NCBI GenBank assembly: GCA_025058225.1 | Contig: JANXEE010000017.1 | Location: 2,084-66,083 of the forward strand | Source: Candidatus Calditenuaceae archaeon | GTDB taxonomy: Archaea; Thermoproteota; Nitrososphaeria_A; Caldarchaeales; Calditenuaceae | DNA: 64,000 bases | Reading direction: 5' to 3' | Shown: one piece after another, positions 1-8,767 of the stretch | Numbering within the stretch: position 1 is the stretch's first letter | How the letters are laid out: each line of letters opens with the position of its first letter | The notes under the pieces: model-generated | The model's database searches: none | What the model was told of the DNA's origin: nothing | What the model saw: the letters and a program-made list of their open reading frames with translations, nothing else | Made by a program: the position numbers and the translations under genes

Positions 1-1
1 C

Positions 2-508
2 GTGGCGCTGTACGTGAGGAGCGTTGGTCGCTCTCCCTTCGGTAGGGTCCTGAGGGCAATGAGGGACCAGGAACTCGCGGCAGAGGTGCTCGGCAAGGAC
101 ACGGTCTCCTACAAGCGCACGGTCCTCATGATCAGCTCGGCGATTGCCGCGATCGCAGGCGCGCTCTGGGCCTTTTACAGCGGCGGCATCATCGCGACTG
201 CCTTCGACAGGGTCACTTGGACGTTCCTGCCGTGGGTCATGGTGGTACTCGGTGGTGCAGGGAACTACTTGGGCGTCGCCCTCGGGACGGGCGTTTACTG
301 GTCCGCTAGGAAGCTCATCGACCAGTACAAGTTCGTCATAGAGCCCGTGCTGCCGTTCAGCATCATCTGGTTCGACAGGCTGGCGTTCGGTGTGTTGCTG
401 ATCGTGCTGCTGATCGTGAGGCCTCGAGGCCTTATCCCGGAGAAGCCGACCTATGCGCTCAAGAAGTCCACGGTAAGGCGGATCGTAGAGTCGCTCAAAA
501 CTAAGTAG
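2..508 (+). CDS. Branched-chain amino acid ABC transporter permease (LivM-like), 5'-truncated by window edge
   Basis: Hydrophobic multi-TM C-terminal segment typical of LivH/LivM permeases. ORF runs in from the window start. Confidence 0.6.
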   Translation: MALYVRSVGRSPFGRVLRAMRDQELAAEVLGKDTVSYKRTVLMISSAIAAIAGALWAFYSGGIIATAFDRVTWTFLPWVMVVLGGAGNYLGVALGTGVYWSARKLIDQYKFVIEPVLPFSIIWFDRLAFGVLLIVLLIVRPRGLIPEKPTYALKKSTVRRIVESLKTK

Positions 509-542
509 GTACCGAAAACGAGGGTTACAGGGTTGATGTGAG

Positions 543-1727
543 ATGGCGCGAAGAGTTCAGTACCTCGTGATAGGCGGAGGGTCAACAGGTACCGCAATCG
601 CGCACTACATCTCGCTCCACGAGGGCAGGGCCATCAGGCTCATCGAAAAAGGAAGGGTGGGATGGGGTCAGACCGGATACTCGACGGCCATCATAAGGCT
701 CCACTACAGCAACGAGGTCGTTGCGAGGATGGCCCTCACCAGCTTCAGGGTCTTCGAGCGGTTCGAGGAGCTCGTGGGAGGGGACTGTGGTTTCAGGAGA
801 GTCGGGTTCGTGGTCGCGGTTCCCGAGGACCTCAGGTCAGGCCTCTCGAGAAACGTAGCGATGCTGAGGTCGGTAGGCGTCGAGACTTGGGAGATCGGTC
901 CGGAGGAACTCAAGGACCTCGTTCCGCAGGTCGACGTTAACGGCATAGCGGCCGCCGCCTACGAGCCCAAGTCGGGGTTCGCGGACCCCGTGTCGACAGC
1001 CCAGTCGTTTGCGGAGTCTGCGAGGAGGAATGGTGCTGAGGTCGCGGAGGGCGAGAGCGTCCTGAAGTTGGTCGCGGAGGGCGGAGTTGTCACAAGAGTC
1101 CTCACCAACAGGGACGAGTACCAGCCCGACGTCCTCATCGCGGCGACGGGTGTTTGGACGAACGCGCTGTTCGGTCAAGCTGGAAAGCTTCTCCCCTTGA
1201 AAGTGCTTAGAGAGGAGATCGGCGTCTTCACGAGGCCCGCGGAGTTCACAGGCGATCATCCGGTCTTCGCTGATCTCAGCTCCGACTACTTCTTCTACAT
1301 GCGACCCCATGGAGAGAGGGAGACGTACGTCGGTTCGATCGAGCCTTTCGGTCATCAGGAGTGCCAACCGGATGACGCCGGAGCCACCATCAGCAGGGAG
1401 ACCTTCCTGAGCTATCACGAGAGGGTCTCGAGGAGGTTTCCGGCCTTCCTGAGGTCGCCCTTCTCACCGCGGGGGTGGACGGGGCTCTACGACGTCACGC
1501 CAGACTGGCACCCGATCATCGGCAGGGACACCGAGCTGAAGAACGTCATCTGGGCTGTTGGGTTGAGCGGCCACGGCTTCAAGCTGGCGCCAGCGATCGG
1601 GATGGCTGTGCGAGACATGGCCCTCGGCAGGAAACCGGAGCTTTTCGAGGAAGGTTTCTTCTCGGAGGAGAGGTTCCTGAAGGGGGAGCCCATCACTACG
1701 ACCTACGGGATCGGAGTGGTCTCCTGA
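543..1727 (+). CDS. FAD-dependent oxidoreductase (DAO family; sarcosine/glycine oxidase-like)
   Basis: N-terminal GxGxxG dinucleotide fold (VIGGGSTGTAIAHY). Length and C-terminal GHGFK motif typical of DAO-family flavoenzymes. Confidence 0.65.
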   Translation: MARRVQYLVIGGGSTGTAIAHYISLHEGRAIRLIEKGRVGWGQTGYSTAIIRLHYSNEVVARMALTSFRVFERFEELVGGDCGFRRVGFVVAVPEDLRSGLSRNVAMLRSVGVETWEIGPEELKDLVPQVDVNGIAAAAYEPKSGFADPVSTAQSFAESARRNGAEVAEGESVLKLVAEGGVVTRVLTNRDEYQPDVLIAATGVWTNALFGQAGKLLPLKVLREEIGVFTRPAEFTGDHPVFADLSSDYFFYMRPHGERETYVGSIEPFGHQECQPDDAGATISRETFLSYHERVSRRFPAFLRSPFSPRGWTGLYDVTPDWHPIIGRDTELKNVIWAVGLSGHGFKLAPAIGMAVRDMALGRKPELFEEGFFSEERFLKGEPITTTYGIGVVS

Positions 1728-1739
1728 AGGGGTATCACG

Positions 1740-2630
1740 GTGCTCTCTCGCCATCTGGTTCAGGCGGCGCTCGCTGGCGCCTTCTTCGGCACCTCATCGA
1801 TATTCGTGAGGTTGATGCCGAACCTCAGCGCGTCTTCGATCACCTTTTACAGGCTGGGCTTGGCATCGATCTTCCTAGCGGCCGCGATGCTGCTGCTCAG
1901 CGGAGGTCACAGCCGAAGCTTCCGGCATCTGGGCAGGCTCTCGGTCCTGGGGCTCCTGTTGGGGTTACACGTGATTCTCTTCACCGCATCGGTGAAGTCC
2001 ACAACGATCCTCAACGCCGCGACGCTCGTGAACACCACACCTGTGTGGGCCCTCGTGCTCTCTGCCGTCGTCTGGCGTCAGGCTCCCGAGTTGAGGGCGC
2101 TGGTGGGTACGGTGGTCGCCTTCATCGGGGTGGCAGCGATAACAGCTTTTCAGTACGCCTACTCGCCTGAGTATCTGGTTGGAGACCTGATGGCGGTCGC
2201 CTCGGCCTGGATGTGGGCCTTCTACCTCAGTCTTGCCAGGCCCCTAAGACAGCTCTCCGACCCCCTGCTCCTCATGCCCTTCATCTATGGCGTCGCCTCT
2301 CTGACGGCTCTGGTCGGCTCGGTCCTCGTCGGCGACCCCGTAAGGGCCCCAGTTGCGGAGGAGGTGCCGGCGCTACTGGGTCAGGCGCTCGTCCCGACGG
2401 CTCTGGGTCACACGCTTCAGCTCTCGTCCCTGAAGTCCCTCACGCCCCATCAGGCAGCCACCTTTGCCCTGTTGGAACCGGTCGTAGCGACGGCGCTCGG
2501 TGTAGCGGTCTTCTCGGAGGTACCTAGGCTGGAGTTCTTCGCAGGCGCAGCTCTGGTCTGCACTGGTATTTATATAGTAGCTGGAAGACGAGTTCCTCCT
2601 GAAAATCGTCAACGATTCAATTTTTATTAA
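1740..2630 (+). CDS. EamA/DMT-family transporter
   Basis: About 10 predicted TM helices and two EamA-like halves. GTG start. Confidence 0.65.
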   Translation: MLSRHLVQAALAGAFFGTSSIFVRLMPNLSASSITFYRLGLASIFLAAAMLLLSGGHSRSFRHLGRLSVLGLLLGLHVILFTASVKSTTILNAATLVNTTPVWALVLSAVVWRQAPELRALVGTVVAFIGVAAITAFQYAYSPEYLVGDLMAVASAWMWAFYLSLARPLRQLSDPLLLMPFIYGVASLTALVGSVLVGDPVRAPVAEEVPALLGQALVPTALGHTLQLSSLKSLTPHQAATFALLEPVVATALGVAVFSEVPRLEFFAGAALVCTGIYIVAGRRVPPENRQRFNFY

Positions 2631-2663
2631 AGTAGTTTATAATTCTTTATACGGTAACAAATC
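2625..2663 (+). promoter_or_regulatory. AT-rich TATA/BRE-like promoter upstream of the AbrB-like gene (probably leaderless)
   Basis: ttttattaaagtagtttataattc lies 25-35 bp upstream of the ATG at 2664 in an otherwise GC-rich context. Confidence 0.4.
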
Positions 2664-2924
2664 ATGAGCGCGGAGCAGGTGCTCGAGATAGTCCAGCTGG
2701 ACAGGTCGGTGAGGAAGTACTGGAGGATAAAGGTGCCGAAGAAGATCGCCTCGGGCGCGACGGAGGCCGTCTTCGATGTGGCCGGAGAGCGGTGGGGCGT
2801 CCCCCTGGACAAGTACGGTCGAGTTTACGTGCCGACGGTCCTCAGGAAGGACGTCGAAAAGTCCAAGTCAATCGTGATCAGAAGAGAGGGCAAGGTGTTG
2901 GTCCTCAAGCCCAGGCCCTTCTGA
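2664..2924 (+). CDS. AbrB/SpoVT (swapped-hairpin) family DNA-binding protein, possibly two tandem half-domains
   Basis: C-terminal DKYGRVYVPTVLRKDVE...VIRREGKVLVLKP matches the GRivIPkeiR pattern of AbrB/MazE domains. N-terminal half carries a similar RIKVPKKI element. Confidence 0.4.
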   Translation: MSAEQVLEIVQLDRSVRKYWRIKVPKKIASGATEAVFDVAGERWGVPLDKYGRVYVPTVLRKDVEKSKSIVIRREGKVLVLKPRPF

Positions 2925-2929
2925 TCCGC

Positions 2930-3133
2930 TCAGCGAAGGATCTTGCCCGTGACGAAGAGCGCTATGACGAGTCCCTGCCACAGCAGCGTCACCGCGAGCC
3001 AGACCAGCACCCACGTCCTGCCGATGCCGTCGGAGAGGTTGTGGAGAAGCACTAGGGCTATCACCGGGACCGAGATCATGACGGCAAGCTCGGTCGCCTT
3101 GACGAAAACGTGGGTGCCGTCCATGACGTTCAC
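2930..3133 (-). CDS. Small membrane protein (2 TM), hypothetical
   Basis: 67-aa ORF with two hydrophobic helices. Sits directly downstream of and co-oriented with the two ORFs at 3144-3576. Confidence 0.3.
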   Translation of the reverse strand: MNVMDGTHVFVKATELAVMISVPVIALVLLHNLSDGIGRTWVLVWLAVTLLWQGLVIALFVTGKILR

Positions 3134-3143
3134 TGGGAGGCGA

Positions 3144-3389
3144 TCAAAAGGCCTTCATCCTTACCTCTCTCAAGTCCTCCTTGTGGGCCCTCCTCAACGT
3201 CTCCATCTGTCCCTTGACCCTACTCATCTCCTCGCGCAACTCATCTAGCGTCTCCCTGGACTTGGAGAGCTTTTCCTTCAGCTCGGCCCTAGTCCTCCTC
3301 GAGAGCTCGACCATCTCCTCGATCTCCTTCGGCCTCGTAGACTTGCTCCGGAACCCACGAACCCTGAGCTTTGCCTCGACCGGCATCAA
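3144..3389 (-). CDS. Small charged coiled-coil protein, hypothetical
   Basis: 81-aa ORF with K/R/E-rich heptad-like sequence. Tightly follows the Sec61beta-like ORF. Confidence 0.35.
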   Translation of the reverse strand: MMPVEAKLRVRGFRSKSTRPKEIEEMVELSRRTRAELKEKLSKSRETLDELREEMSRVKGQMETLRRAHKEDLREVRMKAF

Positions 3390-3399
3390 GTCTTTCCAC

Positions 3400-3576
3400 C
3401 TAGACCGGAAAGAACCTGGTCAGCAGAACGACCGCAGCTATCAGGAGCACACCCGCGATCAGCGCGACCTCGGGCCTCACCTTGATTCCTTTACCTTCTT
3501 CCTCGAAGAACCTGAGGAGACCCGCACCGGTGGCCGGCATCGGAGCCTCCCTACGCCTCCTGCGCGACGCTGACAT
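3400..3576 (-). CDS. secG: Preprotein translocase subunit Sec61beta (SecG-like, archaeal)
   Basis: 58-aa ORF, too short for the supplied track. Reverse-complement reads MSASRRRRREAPMPATGAGLLRFFEEEGKGIKVRPEVALIAGVLLIAAVVLLTRFFPV. This matches the basic N-terminus, GLxRFF(D/E)E box and single C-terminal TM of archaeal Sec61beta. Confidence 0.6.
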   Translation of the reverse strand: MSASRRRRREAPMPATGAGLLRFFEEEGKGIKVRPEVALIAGVLLIAAVVLLTRFFPV

Positions 3577-3602
3577 CGAACTCTGTATCTCCCAGCGACC
3601 AT

Positions 3603-4472
3603 TTATGTGCTACGGGCTTTTGCCCTGAGGGGCCTTCCTCTCCTCTTCTGGTTCTTCTCCTCCCGAAACCAGAAGGGTGGTTCAGTTAGCGTGACGACCC
3701 TCCCGTAGAAGAACTTCATGTCTGAGACGTGCTCCGTGAACTCGGTCCTCTCTCCCTCATCGGACGCGATGTACCTCAGGAAACCTGCCTCCGGCGGTCT
3801 GGGGTGTTCGACGTAGGCGAAGACGGGCAGCGCGTTGGCCTCGTAGTAGTCGTAGAAGGGCAGGAGGAACCCGTAAACACATGAGCCGTTGGCCTCGAAG
3901 TTGAGGATCGGTGGCTGGTGGCTGTCGTAGGAGGCGACCATCAAGAGTCTCATCAGCGAGGGTAGGTTTGTCACCCTGGTCAGTACGGGTAGGTCGAGAG
4001 GAGGGCTCTTACTCCCCTCCAACGCCTCGACGAGCATCCGGGGTGGCTCGGTGACGTCCACGATCGGTGCGTAAAGGTACTTCGGGTCGTCGTTGGAGTC
4101 GGAGAGCTTCAGCTCCTCCCTGTCGATGTTCCTGTAGGCGACGTATGAGCCCCTCCCGAGTTCATCCTGCGTCCGGGCATAGAAGAAGAACGGAAGGCTG
4201 TTCTTCCAATAGGGGACCGAGAAGAGCGTCCCTATGACCGGCCCTTCGGACGACTCGATGCGCCAGAACAGCGTCTGTGTCTCGGGGCTGAAGAGCGCCA
4301 GCCTCGCCAGGTTCAGCAGGTCAACGACCCTCATCGTCACCGGAGGCTTCAACTTCAACCCGTTGTTCAGCACCCCCATCATCCCGACGTCCGCGCTCTG
4401 CTTATAAGCTTCCCTTCTGAGCGACATCGAGGCGGCCTTCTCAGCCCTGAAGTTTATGAGGGCTCCCTCCAC
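3603..4472 (-). CDS. Hypothetical protein, aromatic-rich, no recognised domain
   Basis: 289-aa ORF with protein-like composition, no TM segments and no motif I can assign. Confidence 0.45.
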   Translation of the reverse strand: MEGALINFRAEKAASMSLRREAYKQSADVGMMGVLNNGLKLKPPVTMRVVDLLNLARLALFSPETQTLFWRIESSEGPVIGTLFSVPYWKNSLPFFFYARTQDELGRGSYVAYRNIDREELKLSDSNDDPKYLYAPIVDVTEPPRMLVEALEGSKSPPLDLPVLTRVTNLPSLMRLLMVASYDSHQPPILNFEANGSCVYGFLLPFYDYYEANALPVFAYVEHPRPPEAGFLRYIASDEGERTEFTEHVSDMKFFYGRVVTLTEPPFWFREEKNQKRRGRPLRAKARST

Positions 4473-4519
4473 AGGAAGTCATAATTCCGAGGGATTGTCC
4501 CGAAGAGTTCTCGGGCCAC

Positions 4520-5983
4520 CTAGCCCCTCAATCGGACGAACTGTATCGCCTCCTGTGCTGCACCGAGGAAGGGAGCGGGGAGGATGCCGATGATGATCGC
4601 GGCCGCGGTGAGCGCGATCAGCGCCAGAAGCATCGGGAACGCCGCCTCCCTAACGGCTGTTCGTCCGTTGGAAGGACTCTTCAGGAAGAGCGTCTGCACG
4701 ACCCTCATGTGGTACATTGCCCCTATCAGGACGTTCACTATCATCACTATCGCGAACGGCCAGAACGGCGACTGGAACGCCGCGGCTATTATGACGTACT
4801 CGCTGACGAACGCGTTGAGACCCGGCATTCCTGCTAAGCTGAGGGCCCCGACCGTGTAGGTCACGCCGCTGAGTGGCATAAGTTTGCCCGCGCCAGCCAG
4901 CTCGTCCAAGTTCCTGGTGTGGAACGTGTGGATGAAGGAGCCGGCCGCGAGGAAGAGCAGGGCCTTGGCAACCGCGTGGTTGAGAAGATGCAGTAGCGCC
5001 CCCACCGCGCCCAGCTCGTTACCGATGGACATGCCGAAGGCGATGTAGCCGATGTTGGCGATGCTGCTGAAGGCCAACAGCCTCTTGATGTCCTCCTGGA
5101 GGGCAGCCATCAGGTTGCCGACGCTCATCGTCACCAGCGACAACAACAAGACCCCCAACTGCCATCCATATGCCTCGGTCGGGAAGATGTTCAGCAGCAG
5201 CCGCAGCATCGCGTAGACTCCGGTCTTTATCACGACGCCCGACAGGAGGGCGCTCACTGGAGAAGGTGCAGCAGGGTGGGCATCTGGTAGCCAGAAGTGG
5301 AACGGCGCCAGAGCGACGTTGACGCCGAGACCTGCCAGCACCAGCGCGACCGAGATGATCGTCCAGGTCTCGGAGACGATCGGCCCCGACGTGAGGGCTG
5401 ACCGGAGCCCCGTGAAGGTGAGCTCACCCGTGAGGCCGTAGAGGAGAGAGATGCCGAAGAGGAGCGCCGCCGAGCCGGTCGAGCTCATGATGAGGTACTT
5501 CAGCGATGCTTCGACGGCCTCCCATTCCCTGTAGTTGAACGCGACCAACAGGTAGGACGCGACGCTCATCACCTCCCAGAAGACGAAGAACGCTATCACG
5601 TCGCCCGCGTAGAAGACTCCCAGCATCCCCATCGCGAGCAGGAGGACGAGTGTGTAGAACTCTGTGTGTCTCTCCCTCACGTAGCTGACCGCATAGATCG
5701 TCGCCAGCAGGGAGATCCCCAAGACCACCAGCGAAACGAAGTTCGAGAACCTGTCGAGGACGATGATCGATGTATCAGGAGGCTGTGCGACGCTAATGCT
5801 CGCGGTGAGGCCTACGCTGAACTGGGCGAAGGTGATGTAGAAGGACGCGGCGAACGCAACGGACGACGCCACACACCCTCCGACCCTAGCCCCTTCCTTA
5901 CCGATGGCAGCACCGATGATCGGCACGATGAAGGCAGCGTACAGCAGCACCTCAATCTGGTCGGGGAGCGGTAGGAGCCACAT
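4520..5983 (-). CDS. Complex I NuoN/NuoM-family (Mrp antiporter-like) membrane subunit
   Basis: 487 aa and about 14 TM helices. Contains the family motif FHFWLPDAHPAAPSPVSALLSGVVIKTGVYAMLR. ATG at 5983. Confidence 0.75.
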   Translation of the reverse strand: MWLLPLPDQIEVLLYAAFIVPIIGAAIGKEGARVGGCVASSVAFAASFYITFAQFSVGLTASISVAQPPDTSIIVLDRFSNFVSLVVLGISLLATIYAVSYVRERHTEFYTLVLLLAMGMLGVFYAGDVIAFFVFWEVMSVASYLLVAFNYREWEAVEASLKYLIMSSTGSAALLFGISLLYGLTGELTFTGLRSALTSGPIVSETWTIISVALVLAGLGVNVALAPFHFWLPDAHPAAPSPVSALLSGVVIKTGVYAMLRLLLNIFPTEAYGWQLGVLLLSLVTMSVGNLMAALQEDIKRLLAFSSIANIGYIAFGMSIGNELGAVGALLHLLNHAVAKALLFLAAGSFIHTFHTRNLDELAGAGKLMPLSGVTYTVGALSLAGMPGLNAFVSEYVIIAAAFQSPFWPFAIVMIVNVLIGAMYHMRVVQTLFLKSPSNGRTAVREAAFPMLLALIALTAAAIIIGILPAPFLGAAQEAIQFVRLRG

Positions 5984-6100
5984 TTTCTACGCCACACGAT
6001 CCGGGTTCTCTATAAAGCAATATCTCGACCCTTGTGCGGTCACGGAGCGCCGAGTTCCGAAGCCCCTAAAATGTGCGGTGAGGGTTTCACTTGAGGCGAT

Positions 6101-7114
6101 TTGCTGGCGCGAGCTATCCACGCCGCCCTGTCGCTGATGCCGCCGGAGTTCTCCCACCAACTGGGACTGAAACTCCTTCGGGCGGCCCGTCCAGTTCGAG
6201 TCGCGGACGGGAGGCTTCGCGTCAGGACTAGGTTCGGTGAGCTCTCGAACCCCATCGGGTTGGCCGCGGGGTTCGATAAGACCGGCGCTCACCTCACTGG
6301 TCTGGCGAAAATGGGGTTCGGATACTTAGTAGCAGGGACCTTCACGAGGGAGCCCAGGGAGGGTAACCGAAAACCCAGGCTTGTGAGGCTGAGGGATGAG
6401 AGGGCGCTCCTGAACGCAATGGGTTTCCCGAATCCCGGCATCGAGGTGGGGCTGCGTAACCTCAGGAAATCCGGGCGTTCGCTGCCACCGGTCGTCGTGA
6501 GCGTGAGCGGTCTGAAGCTTGAGGACATCGTCTACTGCTACTCTAGGTCACAGGAGCTGGCGAGTGCGATCGAGGTCAACGTCTCCTCTCCCAATACCCC
6601 CGCCCTCAGGGAATACCTGAAAGGCAGTGCATTTAAGGACCTCTGCCACGCCGTTGCGTCCGTCAAGAAGAGGCCGACGTACCTCAAGGTTCCTCCACCG
6701 ACGCAGGAGGTCTGGGACACTGTTCTGTCGGCGCTGAAGGTCTGGGTCGACGCGGGGTTCGAGGGCGTTACTGCGATCAACACGCTGATGGTCCGGGACG
6801 GAAGACTCTCGACGGGGTTCGGCGGTCTGAGCGGCAGGCCGCTGCTGGAACTCTCGATGAGGGCGGTCTCGAGCGTTCATGGCGAGTTCGGTGACCACCT
6901 CGAGGTGAACGCGGTTGGTGGCGTTATGACCGGTAGGGACGTCCTCGAGTTGATGCTCAGGGGGGCGAGAACGGTGCAGGTTTACACAGCATTGGTCTAC
7001 AGGGGGCCTTACGCGGTCCAAGAATTGACCAGGGAGCTGGTCGACGAGATGAACAGGGCGGGTTACCGTAATCTGGAGGAGCTGCCGAGCTTCAGAGCAT
7101 TTGGCCATACATAA
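6101..7114 (+). CDS. pyrD: Dihydroorotate dehydrogenase (class 2-like, PyrD)
   Basis: NPIGLAAGFDK and NAMGFPNPG motifs plus the TIM-barrel DHODH pattern. TTG start predicted, so the start is uncertain. Confidence 0.8.
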   Translation: MLARAIHAALSLMPPEFSHQLGLKLLRAARPVRVADGRLRVRTRFGELSNPIGLAAGFDKTGAHLTGLAKMGFGYLVAGTFTREPREGNRKPRLVRLRDERALLNAMGFPNPGIEVGLRNLRKSGRSLPPVVVSVSGLKLEDIVYCYSRSQELASAIEVNVSSPNTPALREYLKGSAFKDLCHAVASVKKRPTYLKVPPPTQEVWDTVLSALKVWVDAGFEGVTAINTLMVRDGRLSTGFGGLSGRPLLELSMRAVSSVHGEFGDHLEVNAVGGVMTGRDVLELMLRGARTVQVYTALVYRGPYAVQELTRELVDEMNRAGYRNLEELPSFRAFGHT

Positions 7115-7170
7115 GCGTGGCTGTGCTCAACACAAACTTTTTTAGCGATTAAATTTGCAGAAGTACCAGG

Positions 7171-8091
7171 TTGAGTCTGTTAGGGGGAGGGAGAAGGGCT
7201 CCCGAGGAGTTGGCGGAGCTCAGGGCGATGATACAGGAGCTTCAGAACAGGGTCGTCGAGTTAAGGTCAGAGCTCTCCGGTTTGAGGGAGCAGCTGGAGT
7301 TTTCCCTCCGAAAGGACGAAAACCAGCTCATCGCCCTTCAGGAGAGATTGACAGAGTCCGCGGTGAACGAGTTGGGCTCTCTCAAAGAGGAGCTCAATCA
7401 GGTGTTCAGATTGGAGGCGGGCGTAATAGTTCTGAACCTGGAGAAGATCGTCGATGAGCTCAGGAATAACCTCCTCTTGGTGAAGAGGGTGCAGGAGTAT
7501 CAGGACAGAATGGAGGAGTACTTGAAGATGCAGCTCAGCAGCGCCGACGAGCTGGAGAGGGCCAAGAAGCTATTGGAGGAGGAGAGGGAGGCCCTGAAGG
7601 CCGAGCTTGCGAAGCTTTCAGCCCTTCGTGAGGCCACCATGAGGGCGCGGGAGGAACTCGAGGAGCGTGAGCGGAGGATAGGAGACTACGTGACCCGGAT
7701 CACCGAGCTCGAGGAGAGGAAGTCGGATCTGGAGAGGAAGGTCAGGGAGCTGGAGGAGAGGTACATGAAGCTTCTGGAGGAGACGTCGTCCAGAGTGGAG
7801 AGGGCGTTCGTGGAACTGGACAGGCGCTTCAGGGTGAGGGAGGCCAGGCTTCAGAGGCTCTCCAGACTCGAGGAGGCCAAGAGGGAGGAGCTGGCCAGGC
7901 TGGAGGTTGAGCGCTCCGTCCTCAGGTCATACAACGAACAGTTCTCCAGGCTCGTGGAGGAGATCAAGCGGCTCGAGGCCAGAAGGGAGGCTCTGGAGTC
8001 CGAGGTCAAGAGGCTCGAGGCGAACAGGAAGTATCTCCTCGAAACTGGTGAGTCGGGGTTCGAGGAGGACCTGCTGAGGGGTAACGGTTAG
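7171..8091 (+). CDS. Long coiled-coil protein (SMC/prefoldin-like heptad repeats), hypothetical
   Basis: 306 aa of almost continuous E/R/L-rich heptads with no TM segments. Confidence 0.5.
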   Translation: MSLLGGGRRAPEELAELRAMIQELQNRVVELRSELSGLREQLEFSLRKDENQLIALQERLTESAVNELGSLKEELNQVFRLEAGVIVLNLEKIVDELRNNLLLVKRVQEYQDRMEEYLKMQLSSADELERAKKLLEEEREALKAELAKLSALREATMRAREELEERERRIGDYVTRITELEERKSDLERKVRELEERYMKLLEETSSRVERAFVELDRRFRVREARLQRLSRLEEAKREELARLEVERSVLRSYNEQFSRLVEEIKRLEARREALESEVKRLEANRKYLLETGESGFEEDLLRGNG

Positions 8092-8483
8092 CCTAGCTTC
8101 TTCATGATCCTCTCCAGGAGGTCCACCGCGTACGCCAACACTTCAAGCTCCTCGGTGAGTTCGGATAGGGTCTCCTCGATCCTTCTCACCCTCTCATCGA
8201 GGGTACGTATCTCGGCTAGAATGGCCGACTTGAAGTCCTCGTCGAGGCTCCCGGCGTACCGTGCTACCGAGGTCACTTTAGACTCGAGCTGACCAACGCG
8301 ACCCTCGACGTCGTTCAGCCGCTGCTCGTGTTGATCCAGATACTTCTCCACCTCACCGAAGTAAGCGTAGTGCTCGTTCAGCGCCCTAACGACGCCCTTC
8401 AGCGTCGGAACGCTGCCGTGAGGCGTCTCGATGTAGTCGATCTTGATCTCCTCTTCCTTGCTCGAGTCTGATGCTTCGCTCAT
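8088..8483 (-). CDS. Hypothetical coiled-coil protein
   Basis: 131-aa ORF convergent with the previous gene and overlapping it by 4 nt. Acidic N-terminus followed by a coiled-coil. Confidence 0.45.
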   Translation of the reverse strand: MSEASDSSKEEEIKIDYIETPHGSVPTLKGVVRALNEHYAYFGEVEKYLDQHEQRLNDVEGRVGQLESKVTSVARYAGSLDEDFKSAILAEIRTLDERVRRIEETLSELTEELEVLAYAVDLLERIMKKLG

Positions 8484-8561
8484 CCCGCGCTCTGATCCCG
8501 TCGGCCGTAATTAAGGACTCCCGCGCCTGACGCGGTGGCCGATGCTCATCCCGTCGGCCGT
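8470..8561. repeat. Short degenerate direct repeats (gatgct...ctcatcccg...atcccgtcggccgt occurs twice)
   Basis: The 14-mer atcccgtcggccgt occurs at 8495-8508 and 8548-8561. gctcatcccg occurs at 8478-8487 and 8544-8553. Confidence 0.5.
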
Positions 8562-8767
8562 TTGGACCGGTCGCTCCGCGTCTCCGAGGCGCTTGAGGCC
8601 ATGTTTACCCCGCTGCCTCCGTGCCCCTCGCGAAGATCCCCCAGGAAGGCTCAGAGCGCCGTATTTCTCGGGTCTCAGTTAAGTATCAGTGGTGATACTT
8701 GCTCTTCGACGTGCGGCCCTAGACCGATAGAAAGGACCTCTTCGGCAGGGAGACCTCGCTCGAGTTC

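Noticed and set aside
837-1418. 193-aa minus-strand ORF inside the FAD-oxidoreductase gene
   Set aside because: Antisense to a well-supported flavoprotein gene, and the composition is not protein-like.
6548-7108. 186-aa minus-strand ORF inside pyrD
   Set aside because: Antisense shadow ORF with Arg/Pro-rich composition.
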